Shown here piece after piece: positions 48,140 through 57,985 of a DNA stretch of 64,000 bases (position 1 is the stretch's first letter; each line of letters starts with the position of its first letter). The stretch is from a bacterium. GTDB lineage: Bacteria; Zhuqueibacterota; Zhuqueibacteria; Residuimicrobiales; Krinioviventaceae. A model generated the notes under the pieces. That model worked only from the letters and a program-made list of their open reading frames with translations, ran no database searches and was not told the origin of the DNA. The translations under genes were made by a program, and so were the position numbers. The stretch covers positions 192,001-256,000 of the forward strand of contig OY843751.1 in assembly GCA_963693055.1 (NCBI GenBank). The letters are read 5' to 3'.

Positions 48140-48883
48140 ACGGACAATTCGGAAGCGGGTATAAAACCCGGAACATTATATCTCGTCAGTACGCCCATTG
48201 GAAATTTGCGTGATATAACACTACGCGCACTTGATACTTTGAAATATGTGGATGTAATAGCTGCGGAAGATACCAGACAAAGTTCCGTTCTGTTAAACCA
48301 TTATAACATTCAAACTCCCCTGACACGTTACCATGATTTTAATAAAGAAAAAGTTACACCTGTTTTGATCGAAAGGTTAACAGCCGATGAAACAGTAGCT
48401 GTAATCAGCGATGCCGGAACACCAGGTATTTCCGATCCGGCTTTTTATCTGGTGAGAGAAGCAATAAAGCGGGATATACACATAGAGTCTGTTCCCGGAG
48501 CAACTGCTCTGATTTCGTCGTTGGTGATATCAGGATTACCAACAGACAGATTCGTTTTTGAAGGTTTTCTTCCTGTGAAAAAAGGCAGGCAAACGCGATT
48601 ATTGGAGCTTAGTACCGAACCCCGAACGATATGCATATACGAATCGCCAAATAGAATCCAGCGAACCATTGCCGACCTTTACGAAGCCTTGGGAGATCGT
48701 AAAGCCGTCTTAGCGAGGGAATTGACTAAAAAGTTTGAAGAATTGATTCGCGGCAGCTTGTCTGATCTTTTGCAGCAAATGGACCAGTTAACCCTGAAAG
48801 GAGAATTTGTGATTCTTGTGGAAGGGTTTACACGGGAACATCGGCGTAACGCAAAATATAAAGGGACAAAATATGAAGTTTGA
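48140..48883 (+). CDS. rsmI: 16S rRNA (cytidine1402-2'-O)-methyltransferase; start codon non-canonical or uncertain
   Basis: In-frame KPGTLYLVSTPIGNLRDITLRAL lies upstream of the called TTG 48206. AAEDTR, SDAGTPGISDP, FEGFLP, YESP and ARELTKKFEE are present. Confidence 0.93.
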   Translation, partial: TDNSEAGIKPGTLYLVSTPIGNLRDITLRALDTLKYVDVIAAEDTRQSSVLLNHYNIQTPLTRYHDFNKEKVTPVLIERLTADETVAVISDAGTPGISDPAFYLVREAIKRDIHIESVPGATALISSLVISGLPTDRFVFEGFLPVKKGRQTRLLELSTEPRTICIYESPNRIQRTIADLYEALGDRKAVLARELTKKFEELIRGSLSDLLQQMDQLTLKGEFVILVEGFTREHRRNAKYKGTKYEV

Positions 48884-49535
48884 GGTGATCTCTGACAATG
48901 TAAAGGAAAGATCAAGAAGCATCTTGCAGCCATTGATCGACATGCTGGTTAAGTTTAATATCAGCCCTAATGTTTATACCACTCTTTCGTTGGTTTTTTG
49001 TGGTATTTCTGGTATTTACTTTAGCAAAGGATATTTTAAAACCGGTGCATTAATCATGTTGTTGGGTGGATTGTTTGATATTTTTGATGGACAAATTGCA
49101 CGTACCAGCAACCGCGTTACAAAATTTGGGGCATTATTTGATTCAACACTTGACCGTTATGCCGAGTTTTTAATTTTTCTGGGTATTGGTGTTTATTTTG
49201 TTCACAGCTTTGTGGATGGAAACCCAATGGGCTTGCTGGTTGCTTTGACTGTTTTTGTTGCTATATTTGGTTCTCTTATGGTCAGTTATGTACGGGCAAG
49301 GGCCGAAGGATTAGGATTTGATTGCAAAGTTGGATTGCTGCAACGTCCGGAGCGAATTATTCTTGTGGGCCTGGGTGGTCTGATTTCAGAAGTAACCCTG
49401 ATTCTTGCAATGATCATAATTGCTGTTTTTGCCAATATAACCGCCATTCAAAGAGTCTATCATATCTGGTATATTGAAAACTCTCCCAAATGGAAAACCC
49501 CGGCGGCAGATGTTGAACACGATGAATTTGCATAA
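48873..49535 (+). CDS. CDP-alcohol phosphatidyltransferase, phosphatidylinositol-phosphate synthase-like
   Basis: ATG 48873 overlaps the rsmI end. SPN; signature DIFDGQIAR...FGALFDSTLDRYAE; SYVRARAEG and GLLQRPER typical of PIP/AIP synthases. Confidence 0.85.
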   Translation: MKFEVISDNVKERSRSILQPLIDMLVKFNISPNVYTTLSLVFCGISGIYFSKGYFKTGALIMLLGGLFDIFDGQIARTSNRVTKFGALFDSTLDRYAEFLIFLGIGVYFVHSFVDGNPMGLLVALTVFVAIFGSLMVSYVRARAEGLGFDCKVGLLQRPERIILVGLGGLISEVTLILAMIIIAVFANITAIQRVYHIWYIENSPKWKTPAADVEHDEFA

Positions 49536-49560
49536 TTAAGGTTCTGAAATTGGTGATTTG

Positions 49561-49923
49561 ATGCAGAGAATAATGTGCAAAGCGAAAATTCATCGGGCAA
49601 GGGTGACAGATGCCGATCTCAACTATGAAGGCAGTATTACAATTGATCCGGTTCTGCTGGAAGCAGCAGACATGTTGGAATACGAAAAGGTCCAGGTTTT
49701 AAATATAAATAATGGATCAAGAGCCGAGACGTATATTATTAAAGGCGTGCGTGGCAGTGGTGAAATATGTATAAACGGTGCATTGGCACGATGGACCCAT
49801 AAAGACGATCTGGTAATTATTATTACATACGCACAACTAGAAGACGCTGAACTGGAAAATTTCAGTCCAACAATTGTGCTTGTGGATGAAAATAATAGTA
49901 TAAAAAAAATCATTAACCACTAA
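49561..49923 (+). CDS. panD: Aspartate 1-decarboxylase (pyruvoyl)
   Basis: [32 protein letters not shown] and ICINGA. Confidence 0.95.
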   Translation: MQRIMCKAKIHRARVTDADLNYEGSITIDPVLLEAADMLEYEKVQVLNINNGSRAETYIIKGVRGSGEICINGALARWTHKDDLVIIITYAQLEDAELENFSPTIVLVDENNSIKKIINH

Positions 49924-49972
49924 GGTTAAATCACTAAAAGGTATACTGTAACACAGTAGAAAGGAGTTTACA

Positions 49973-51289
49973 GTGATTGAAAAGGGTGTAGATATTAAAG
50001 CTCCCCAAGGAAAATTAGGCATTCTGCTACCCGGTTTGGGCGCTGTTGGTACAACAGTGATCGCAGGTACGGAATTGGTCCGTAAAGGCCTGGCAAAACC
50101 TATTGGTTCTTTAACACAAATAGGAACCATTCGTATTGGTAAACGTACCGATGATAACACACCAATGATCAAAGATTTTGTACCTTTGACCGATCTGAAT
50201 GATATTGTATTTGGCGGATGGGATATTTTCCCAGATAATGCTTATGAATCTGCGGTAAATGCCAACGTTTTATCCAAAGAAGATTTGGAAAAGGTAAGAC
50301 CGGAACTGGAAGCGATCAAGCCCATGAAAGCTGTATTTGATCCCAAGTATGTAAAACGTCTTGATGGACCAAATAAAAAATCCGGTGCCAACAAAATGGA
50401 ACTGGCTGAACAATTGATGGATGATATGAAAAATTTCATCAAAGACAATAACCTTGACCGTTTGGTAATTGTTTGGACCGGAAGTACAGAAACATATTTG
50501 GAATATGATCCTATTTGGGAAACTATTGAAAGTTTTGAAAAAGGTCTTGTAGAAAACCACGATGCAATCTCTTCCAGCATGATTTATGCGTATGCAGCTA
50601 TTAAAATGGGAGTTCCTTATTTTAATGGTGCACCACACATGTCTCATGATATTCCTGCATTGGATGCATTGGCGAAACAGAACAAAGTGCCAATAGCTGG
50701 TAAAGATTTTAAAACTGGTCAAACTTTTATGAAAACCATTCTTGCCCCGGGAATCAAAGCCCGTATGTTGGGTGTTAAAGGCTGGTTCTCTACCAATATT
50801 TTGGGTAACCGTGATGGTGAAGTTTTGGATGAACCTCTTTCTTTCCGTTCAAAAGAAATCACCAAAAGCTCAGCGTTGGATTATATTTTTCAACCTGAAA
50901 AATACCCTGATCTGTATAAAGACCTGTATCACAAAGTCCGTATCAACTATTATCCACCAATTGGTGATAATAAAGAAGGTTGGGACAATGTTGATCTGGT
51001 TGGCTGGTTAGGTTACCCCATGCAGATTAAGATCAATTTCTTGTGCCGTGACAGTATTCTTGCTGCACCGGTTGTTCTTGATCTTGCACTGTTTATGGAC
51101 CTTGCAAGTCGGGCTGGTATGTACGGCATTCAGGAATGGTTATCATTCTATTGCAAGAGCCCCATGGTTGCAAAAGATCTCTATCCCGAACATGATACAT
51201 TCATTCAATTGATGAAATTAAAGAACACCCTTCGTCATATGAAAGGTGAAGATTTGATTACTCATTTGGGACTTGATTATTACGACTGA
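49973..51289 (+). CDS. ino1: myo-Inositol-3(1)-phosphate synthase
   Basis: GLGAVGTT, FGGWD, GKDFKTGQT, WFSTNILGNRDG, GDNKEGWD, CRDSILAAPVVLDL, SFYCKSP. Confidence 0.95.
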   Translation: MIEKGVDIKAPQGKLGILLPGLGAVGTTVIAGTELVRKGLAKPIGSLTQIGTIRIGKRTDDNTPMIKDFVPLTDLNDIVFGGWDIFPDNAYESAVNANVLSKEDLEKVRPELEAIKPMKAVFDPKYVKRLDGPNKKSGANKMELAEQLMDDMKNFIKDNNLDRLVIVWTGSTETYLEYDPIWETIESFEKGLVENHDAISSSMIYAYAAIKMGVPYFNGAPHMSHDIPALDALAKQNKVPIAGKDFKTGQTFMKTILAPGIKARMLGVKGWFSTNILGNRDGEVLDEPLSFRSKEITKSSALDYIFQPEKYPDLYKDLYHKVRINYYPPIGDNKEGWDNVDLVGWLGYPMQIKINFLCRDSILAAPVVLDLALFMDLASRAGMYGIQEWLSFYCKSPMVAKDLYPEHDTFIQLMKLKNTLRHMKGEDLITHLGLDYYD

Positions 51290-51341
51290 TAATTCTAAAA
51301 TTTGTTAATGTGCCGCTGAATAAAAAGTTGATAGGATACTC

Positions 51342-52679
51342 TTGAAAACTTCACCAATTAAAACCCTGTTAAAGACATCGTTGCCTGCTGTAATTGATCT
51401 TGCATCGCAAACCCTTATGTGGACCATTGAAGCTATCTTTATTGGTAAACTGAGTGCTGCAGCGCTTGCAGGACACAGTATGGCTATTCAGGTGATTTTG
51501 GTGTTTTTTGCGGTCATGTTAACCTTTGTTGTTGGCGCCAGTTTGATCATTAATCGTCATCTTGGCGCCAAAGATTATTATCAGGCAAACCATATTTTTG
51601 GCCAGGCCATGATGATGGGTGTCATCATGGCCTTTGCTTTTGCATTAATATGGTATTTTGGTGCTATACATATATTTAAATTTATTAAAGAGACAGGAAC
51701 GTTCTCAGCTCAAGAGGCGGGTATTACATATTTACGTACAGTATCTTATTTTGCCCCTCTTTTTGTAACTCAATTTGTAGCAATTGGAATTATTCGAGCT
51801 GTAGGAGATACCCACTATTCCATGATGGTCAATTTGAGTGTGAATGGTTTTAATCTTGTATTGTCTCCTATTCTTATCTTTGGATTGTTTGGTTTTCCGC
51901 GACTTGAAGTTCAGGGTGCTGCACTGGCTGTAGGAATTTCGCACAGTCTGGGCTTTATTGCCACTTTTATTTTATTACGAACGCGCAAGTGTCAACTGTT
52001 TTTATCATTTAGGGAAATGACAACGCCCAACTGGGAGAGTTTTAAACAGCTCTTCAAGGTGGGGTTGCCAACTACTATTGAACAAATGACCTGGGCATTG
52101 GGTCAACTTGTTGTTACCAGTTACGCCGGTAGTATTTATGTTACCGTTTTAACTACACACGCTATTTTTATGCGTATCCAATCTATTCTCTCTATGGTTT
52201 ATATGGGTTTTTCTCTTGCTGCCATGAGCATGATGGGTAAAAATTTAGGTGCATCTGATAATGCGCTTGCTGAAAAAATGGCAAAAACTGCACATTGGGT
52301 GATGGCAATTTTTGTTGTTTTTATCGGTTTGGTAATGGTCTCTTTCTCCAAGCATATGATTCTCATTTTTACAACTGATCCGGCTACTGTAGCTTTGGGA
52401 CAAAAAGCGATGATTGTTTTTGCGCTGGCCCAACTTCCCAAGGCAATGAATAATGTTTTGGCAGGAAATATGCGGGGTATTGGTGAATTGCAGTGGTTAA
52501 TGTGGACCACATTAATATTTGTAATCGTTTTTGAAATTGGTATCAATTACTGGGTAGCATTTGGTTTAGGTTGGAGTATTTATGGGCTTTGGGGTGTCCA
52601 ATTTACAGATGAAACTATTCGGTTTTGTATGAGTTATATACGTTTTCATCGGGGTAGCTGGAGGGTCAAGGCATCTTGA
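51342..52679 (+). CDS. MATE family transporter
   Basis: About 12 TM segments; IFIGKL...ALAG, IRAVGDT, PILIFGLFGFPRLEVQGAALA and MGKNLGA. Confidence 0.9.
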   Translation: MKTSPIKTLLKTSLPAVIDLASQTLMWTIEAIFIGKLSAAALAGHSMAIQVILVFFAVMLTFVVGASLIINRHLGAKDYYQANHIFGQAMMMGVIMAFAFALIWYFGAIHIFKFIKETGTFSAQEAGITYLRTVSYFAPLFVTQFVAIGIIRAVGDTHYSMMVNLSVNGFNLVLSPILIFGLFGFPRLEVQGAALAVGISHSLGFIATFILLRTRKCQLFLSFREMTTPNWESFKQLFKVGLPTTIEQMTWALGQLVVTSYAGSIYVTVLTTHAIFMRIQSILSMVYMGFSLAAMSMMGKNLGASDNALAEKMAKTAHWVMAIFVVFIGLVMVSFSKHMILIFTTDPATVALGQKAMIVFALAQLPKAMNNVLAGNMRGIGELQWLMWTTLIFVIVFEIGINYWVAFGLGWSIYGLWGVQFTDETIRFCMSYIRFHRGSWRVKAS

Positions 52680-53311
52680 TGAAAGTTGATTATACAGGCA
52701 AGCTTATTACTTTTGAAGGTATCGATTATTCCGGTAAATCGGTACAGGCAAAGCAGCTATTTGAAAAATTGAAATTGCAGAATATTCCGTGTACGGCGTT
52801 TAGGGATCCTGGTGCAACCCGCATATCTGAAAAGATACGCGGCATACTTTTAGATAATGATCATGATGAAATGACAAAGTGGACGGAATTGTTATTATAT
52901 GAAGCAGCGCGTGCGCAAATGGTTGAAGAGTCTATAATACCTGCCCTAAAAAAAGGTGAAATTGTAGTATGTGACAGGTTTTATGATTCTACCAGTGCGT
53001 ATCAGGGCTTTGGCAGAGAGCTTGATTTGGAAATGGTTAACCGGGCCAATAGTATTGGTTCTGTTGGCTTGGTTCCTGATTTGACATTTTTGATTGATAT
53101 TGATGTAAAATCGGCTCTTGAGAGACGTTTACGAGTGAACGAAAAAGCGGACCGTTTGGAAGCGCAGGGAGATGCGTTTCAGGAGCGGGTACGTAAAGGC
53201 TATCTGGCAATTGCGGAACAGGAAGCTGATCGGTTCCGGGTTATTAACGGAAATGATACGATAGAAAATATTGCCAGGGATATTTTTAAAGAGTTTATGC
53301 GTATAATGTAA
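52679..53311 (+). CDS. tmk: Thymidylate kinase
   Basis: ITFEGIDYSGKS P-loop, ELLLYEAARAQ, CDRFYDSTSAYQG, PDLTFLID. TGATG overlap with the MATE stop. Confidence 0.95.
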   Translation: MKVDYTGKLITFEGIDYSGKSVQAKQLFEKLKLQNIPCTAFRDPGATRISEKIRGILLDNDHDEMTKWTELLLYEAARAQMVEESIIPALKKGEIVVCDRFYDSTSAYQGFGRELDLEMVNRANSIGSVGLVPDLTFLIDIDVKSALERRLRVNEKADRLEAQGDAFQERVRKGYLAIAEQEADRFRVINGNDTIENIARDIFKEFMRIM

Positions 53312-53339
53312 TGTTGGTAACAATCTGAGGTATGTAAAT

Positions 53340-55058
53340 ATGGGAACAAGAAAAAGACTTTTAGTATTATCATTGATTACTGTTTTATTGCTGACAGTAG
53401 GTGTATTTACCCAGTTGTATAGTGACAGCAATAAAGACATGTACTACTCTGTGCTTCGCTCAACAGATATATTTGGTCAGATCTATAAAGAAGTATTAAA
53501 TAATTATGTACAGGAAGTGGATCCCGAAAAGTTTATTGAAGCGGGCATTCAGGGAATGCTGGACGAGTTGGATCCTTATACCGTTTATCTTGAAGATGAA
53601 GGAAAAGATGAACTGGAAATTATGACCCGCGGAAAATATTATGGTGTGGGTATGCGGATATCCAACCGGAATGGGTGGCCTACTGTTGCTGAGCAGCCTT
53701 TCCCCAATAGTCCTGCCGCACGTGCTGATATCCGCGAAGGTGACCAGGTCATTGAAATTGATGGTGTGGAGACCAAAGGTGACAACCTTTCCAAAACCGC
53801 AGCTCGTTTACGTGGTACGCAAAAGGGCAGTGAAGTTCGTATCAAGATCAGACGTGTTGGTGTTGAACAACCCATTGAACTGACATTGATACGTGACGAG
53901 ATTGTTGTTTCTGAAATTGAATTTGCCGGATTTGTAGAACCAGGTGTAGGTTTGATCCGTTTGACACGTTTTAATCGTGGTGCGGGCAAGCAGGTAAAAC
54001 AGGCAATTGAACAGCTGCGTGATCAGGGAATGGAGTCTTTGATTTTTGATTTACGCGGTAATCCTGGTGGTCTGCTAGATGTTGCCGTATCTGTGCTTGA
54101 AAGTTTTGTACCCAAGGGTGAATTGGTTGTTTATACACAAGGCCGTAACGAAGAACAACGTCAGGATTTTCGAACACGTCATGAACCGGTTTTGGGCGAC
54201 CTTCCTTTGGTGCTGTTGGTAGATGAATTCAGCGCTTCTGCTTCGGAAATTGTTGCCGGAGCCGTGCAAGATCTTGACCGCGGAGTAATAGTAGGTGCCG
54301 AGACTTTTGGCAAAGGGCTGGTGCAGACTGTAGTAAATCTGGATAACAAAGGTGAAGCAAAATTAAAAATCACAACGGCCCAATATTTTATGCCAAGCGG
54401 TCGTTTGATTCAACGTCCTAAGGTTTTTAATCGTAAACGTGGTTCCGTTTTGTTGGACACAGAAGACGAAGATGAATCTAAAGAAGTAAAAGAAGAAATA
54501 CCTGAACAGTTTTACACACGTAACGGACGTAGTGTGTATGGTGGCGGTGGAATTCGCCCCGAAATAGAGTTGGAAAATGACCATACTACAAAATATGTTG
54601 CAGAGTTGCGACGCAATTCCATGTTTTTTAACTATAGTTTAAATTACGCAATTGATCATCAGAATCTATCAGAAGACTTTGATGTGACAGATGATATGGT
54701 ATCCGATTTTTTCAAGTTTACTGAAGAGAAAGACTTTGATTATGAGCCTGATGGTTTGTCTGAGCTTGAAGGCCTGGAAGAAATTGCCCGCGAAGAAGGC
54801 TATTACGATCAAATGAAAGCCCATTTTGATGCAATGCGTAAAGAGTTTGAGCAGGTCAAAGTTGCAGAGCGGGAAAAATCTTTAGGTGATATCAAATTCT
54901 TGATAAAACGCGAACTTGCCGGAAAGAAATTTGGAAATGATGCTGCATATAAAGCAGGCTTTGAACGCGACAAGGTATTATTAAAGGCTGTTGAAATATT
55001 AAATGCACCTGAAGAATATAAAAAGATATTGGATGTGAATCTGGCCTCGAAAAATTGA
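53340..55058 (+). CDS. ctpA: S41 carboxyl-terminal processing protease (PDZ)
   Basis: LDPYTVY, PDZ region GVG...GDQVIEIDG, DLRGNPGGLL, catalytic SASASEIVAGAVQD and TFGKGLVQ. Confidence 0.9.
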   Translation: MGTRKRLLVLSLITVLLLTVGVFTQLYSDSNKDMYYSVLRSTDIFGQIYKEVLNNYVQEVDPEKFIEAGIQGMLDELDPYTVYLEDEGKDELEIMTRGKYYGVGMRISNRNGWPTVAEQPFPNSPAARADIREGDQVIEIDGVETKGDNLSKTAARLRGTQKGSEVRIKIRRVGVEQPIELTLIRDEIVVSEIEFAGFVEPGVGLIRLTRFNRGAGKQVKQAIEQLRDQGMESLIFDLRGNPGGLLDVAVSVLESFVPKGELVVYTQGRNEEQRQDFRTRHEPVLGDLPLVLLVDEFSASASEIVAGAVQDLDRGVIVGAETFGKGLVQTVVNLDNKGEAKLKITTAQYFMPSGRLIQRPKVFNRKRGSVLLDTEDEDESKEVKEEIPEQFYTRNGRSVYGGGGIRPEIELENDHTTKYVAELRRNSMFFNYSLNYAIDHQNLSEDFDVTDDMVSDFFKFTEEKDFDYEPDGLSELEGLEEIAREEGYYDQMKAHFDAMRKEFEQVKVAEREKSLGDIKFLIKRELAGKKFGNDAAYKAGFERDKVLLKAVEILNAPEEYKKILDVNLASKN

Positions 55059-55117
55059 TTGTTGTAATTATAAAATTAATTGTTTAAATTACTTACTGTT
55101 TAATTCATAACATTTAC

Positions 55118-55126
55118 TGTTATAAT
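55118..55126 (+). promoter_or_regulatory. Extended -10 promoter of ppdK
   Basis: TGtTATAAT, 46 nt upstream of ATG 55173, which has SD AAGGAG. Confidence 0.6.
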
Positions 55127-55172
55127 ATACTGATCGGAAGTATCGGTCAATTAAATAACCAAAGGAGATAGT

Positions 55173-57893
55173 ATGTCTGACAAGTATGTTTATCAATTCG
55201 GTGGCGGAAAAGCGGAAGGCCGCTCCGATATGAAAAACCTGTTGGGTGGTAAAGGAGCCAACCTGGCAGAAATGAACCTGATTGGTGTTCCTGTACCTGC
55301 AGGTTTTACCATTTCTACCGAAGCATGTATATTTTATAATCAAAAAGGTCGCGAAGCCAGTATTGAATTGTTGAAAAAAGAAGTTGAAGCAGGAATTGCT
55401 TCTATAGAAGAAATGATGGGTGCGAAATTTGGTGACAAAGAAAATCCATTACTGGTTTCAGTTCGTTCAGGTGCACGCGTTTCTATGCCTGGTATGATGG
55501 ATACTGTATTGAATCTGGGTATGAATGATGACGCTGTTGCAGGTTTGACTGAAAAATCTGGTAACGAACGTTTTGCATGGGACTCTTATCGTCGTTTTGT
55601 TCAGATGTATGGCGATGTTGTTATGGGAATGAAACCTGAAAGCAAAGAAGATATTGATCCTTTTGAAGAAATTATTGAAAAAGCTAAAGACGCTAAAGGT
55701 GTTGAAAACGATACCGATTTAGATACAGCAGATTTGAAAAAACTGGTAGGCGATTTTAAAGCTGCGGTTAAACGCGTTACCGGTAAAGATTTTCCGGCAG
55801 ATCCCTGGGAACAACTCTGGGGCGCGGTTATGGCTGTTTTTGACAGCTGGATGAATGAACGCGCTATTGTATACCGTCGTTTGAACAAGATTCCTGAAGA
55901 ATGGGGAACAGCTGTAAACGTTCAGGCTATGGTTTTTGGAAACATGGGTGAAAATTCAGCAACGGGTGTTGCTTTTACCCGTGATGCAGGTACTGGAGAA
56001 GATATTTTCAACGGTGAATACCTGATCAACGCACAGGGTGAAGATGTGGTTGCCGGTGTTCGTACACCACAGCAGATTACAGTAGAAGGTTCAAAACGCT
56101 GGGCTGAATTGGCAGGTGTTTCTGAGGAAGACCGTAAAGCAAAATTCCCATCTCTTGAAGAAGCTATGCCAGTAGTTTACAAAGAATTGGCTGAAACTGA
56201 AACCAAACTTGAAAATTATTTTAAAGATATGCAGGACCTCGAGTTCACCATTCAGGATGGTCGCTTGTGGCTGCTGCAAACCCGTAACGGTAAACGTACC
56301 GGTGCCGCAATGGTCCGTATTGCAATTGAAATGTTGCAACAGGGTATGATTGATGAAAAAACCGCAATCAATCGCGTTGAAGCAGAAAAACTGGACGAAC
56401 TGTTACACCCTGTATTTGATGGCGATGCTATCAAATCTGCCAAAGTACTTGCCAAAGGTTTGCCTGCATCTCCGGGTGCTGCAACCGGACGTATTGTATT
56501 TTTTGCTGATGAAGCAGTAGAATGGAGAGCCAGAAAAGAAGAAGTGATTCTTGTACGTATTGAAACTTCTCCTGAAGATTTGGCTGGTATGGATGCAGCA
56601 AATGGTATTCTCACCGCTCGCGGTGGTATGACCTCTCACGCAGCTGTTGTTGCCCGCGGTATGGGTAAATGCTGTGTTTCTGGTGCCGGTTCTTGTAAGA
56701 TTGATTATAAAAAACGTATTATGGTTATTGACGGTGTAGAACTCAAAGAAGGTGATTGGATCTCTTTGAATGGCTCTACCGGTGAAGTTTACAATGACAA
56801 AATCTCTACCAAAGATCCTGAATTGTCAGGTAACTTTGGAGAATTGATGGACCTTTGTGAAAAACACACCAAGGTATTGGTTCGTACCAATGCAGACACT
56901 CCACACGATGCTAAAGTTGCACGTGATTTCGGCGCACAGGGTATTGGCCTTTGCCGTACCGAGCACATGTTCTTTGAAGGCGAACGTATCAAAGCTGTTC
57001 GTGAAATGATTCTGAGCAAAGACGAAGCTGGCCGTCGTGCTGCTTTGGTTAAATTGTTGCCCATGCAACGTGGTGACTTTGAAGGTATCTTTGAAGCTAT
57101 GAACGGATTGCCAGTAACTATTCGTCTTTTGGATCCACCATTGCATGAATTTGTTCCACACGAAGAAGAAAACCAGAAGGAAATGGCCGATGAAATGGGA
57201 ATTACTGTAGAAGATGTTAAAGCTACAGTTGAAGACTTGGCTGAATTCAACCCAATGTTGGGTCACCGTGGTTGTCGTTTGGGTAATACCTATCCGGAAA
57301 TTACTGAAATGCAGGCACGCGCTATTATTGAAGCTGCTTTGAATTGTAAAGCCAAAGGTATTGATGCAAAACCAGAAATTATGGTTCCATTGATTGGTAC
57401 AATTGAAGAATTCAAACTGCAGGAAACCATCATCCGTGCAACTGCTGATAAAGTATTTGAAGAAAAAGGCGCAAAATGTGAATACATGGTAGGAACCATG
57501 ATTGAAATTCCACGCGCGGCTTTGACTGCAGATCAGGTTGCTGAAGCTGCTGAATTTTTCTCATTCGGTACTAATGACTTGACCCAGATGACTTTTGGTT
57601 ACTCTCGTGACGATGCTGGCAAATTCCTGCCTGTTTACCTTGAAAAAGGTATCCTCAAAGTAGATCCTTTCCAGGTTCTGGATCAGACTGGTGTTGGTCA
57701 ATTGGTTGAAATGGGTACTCAAAAAGGTCGCAGCGCTCGTCCAAACCTCAAAGTTGGTATCTGTGGTGAGCACGGTGGTGAACCCAGTTCTGTTAAATTC
57801 TGCTGTAAAGTTGGTATGAATTACGTATCCTGTTCTCCGTTCCGCGTACCTATCGCACGCGTAGCTGCAGCACAGGCTGCTATTGAAGGATAG
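55173..57893 (+). CDS. ppdK: Pyruvate, phosphate dikinase
   Basis: LLGGKGANLAEM, LLVSVRSGA...SMPGMMDT, phospho-His GGMTSHAAVVARG, GIGLCRTEHMF, SFGTNDLTQ, GICGEHGG. Confidence 0.98.
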   Translation: MSDKYVYQFGGGKAEGRSDMKNLLGGKGANLAEMNLIGVPVPAGFTISTEACIFYNQKGREASIELLKKEVEAGIASIEEMMGAKFGDKENPLLVSVRSGARVSMPGMMDTVLNLGMNDDAVAGLTEKSGNERFAWDSYRRFVQMYGDVVMGMKPESKEDIDPFEEIIEKAKDAKGVENDTDLDTADLKKLVGDFKAAVKRVTGKDFPADPWEQLWGAVMAVFDSWMNERAIVYRRLNKIPEEWGTAVNVQAMVFGNMGENSATGVAFTRDAGTGEDIFNGEYLINAQGEDVVAGVRTPQQITVEGSKRWAELAGVSEEDRKAKFPSLEEAMPVVYKELAETETKLENYFKDMQDLEFTIQDGRLWLLQTRNGKRTGAAMVRIAIEMLQQGMIDEKTAINRVEAEKLDELLHPVFDGDAIKSAKVLAKGLPASPGAATGRIVFFADEAVEWRARKEEVILVRIETSPEDLAGMDAANGILTARGGMTSHAAVVARGMGKCCVSGAGSCKIDYKKRIMVIDGVELKEGDWISLNGSTGEVYNDKISTKDPELSGNFGELMDLCEKHTKVLVRTNADTPHDAKVARDFGAQGIGLCRTEHMFFEGERIKAVREMILSKDEAGRRAALVKLLPMQRGDFEGIFEAMNGLPVTIRLLDPPLHEFVPHEEENQKEMADEMGITVEDVKATVEDLAEFNPMLGHRGCRLGNTYPEITEMQARAIIEAALNCKAKGIDAKPEIMVPLIGTIEEFKLQETIIRATADKVFEEKGAKCEYMVGTMIEIPRAALTADQVAEAAEFFSFGTNDLTQMTFGYSRDDAGKFLPVYLEKGILKVDPFQVLDQTGVGQLVEMGTQKGRSARPNLKVGICGEHGGEPSSVKFCCKVGMNYVSCSPFRVPIARVAAAQAAIEG

Positions 57894-57919
57894 TTCCTGT
57901 ACCAAATACATACATACCT

Positions 57920-57954
57920 GGGCACCCGTTTACCCGACGGGTGCCCTTTTTTTT
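57920..57954 (+). terminator. Intrinsic terminator after ppdK
   Basis: GGGCACCCGT...ACGGGTGCCC stem followed by T8. Confidence 0.93.
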
Positions 57955-57985
57955 AGTATCTGAAACGGTAAAGTAAAAAGGTGAT

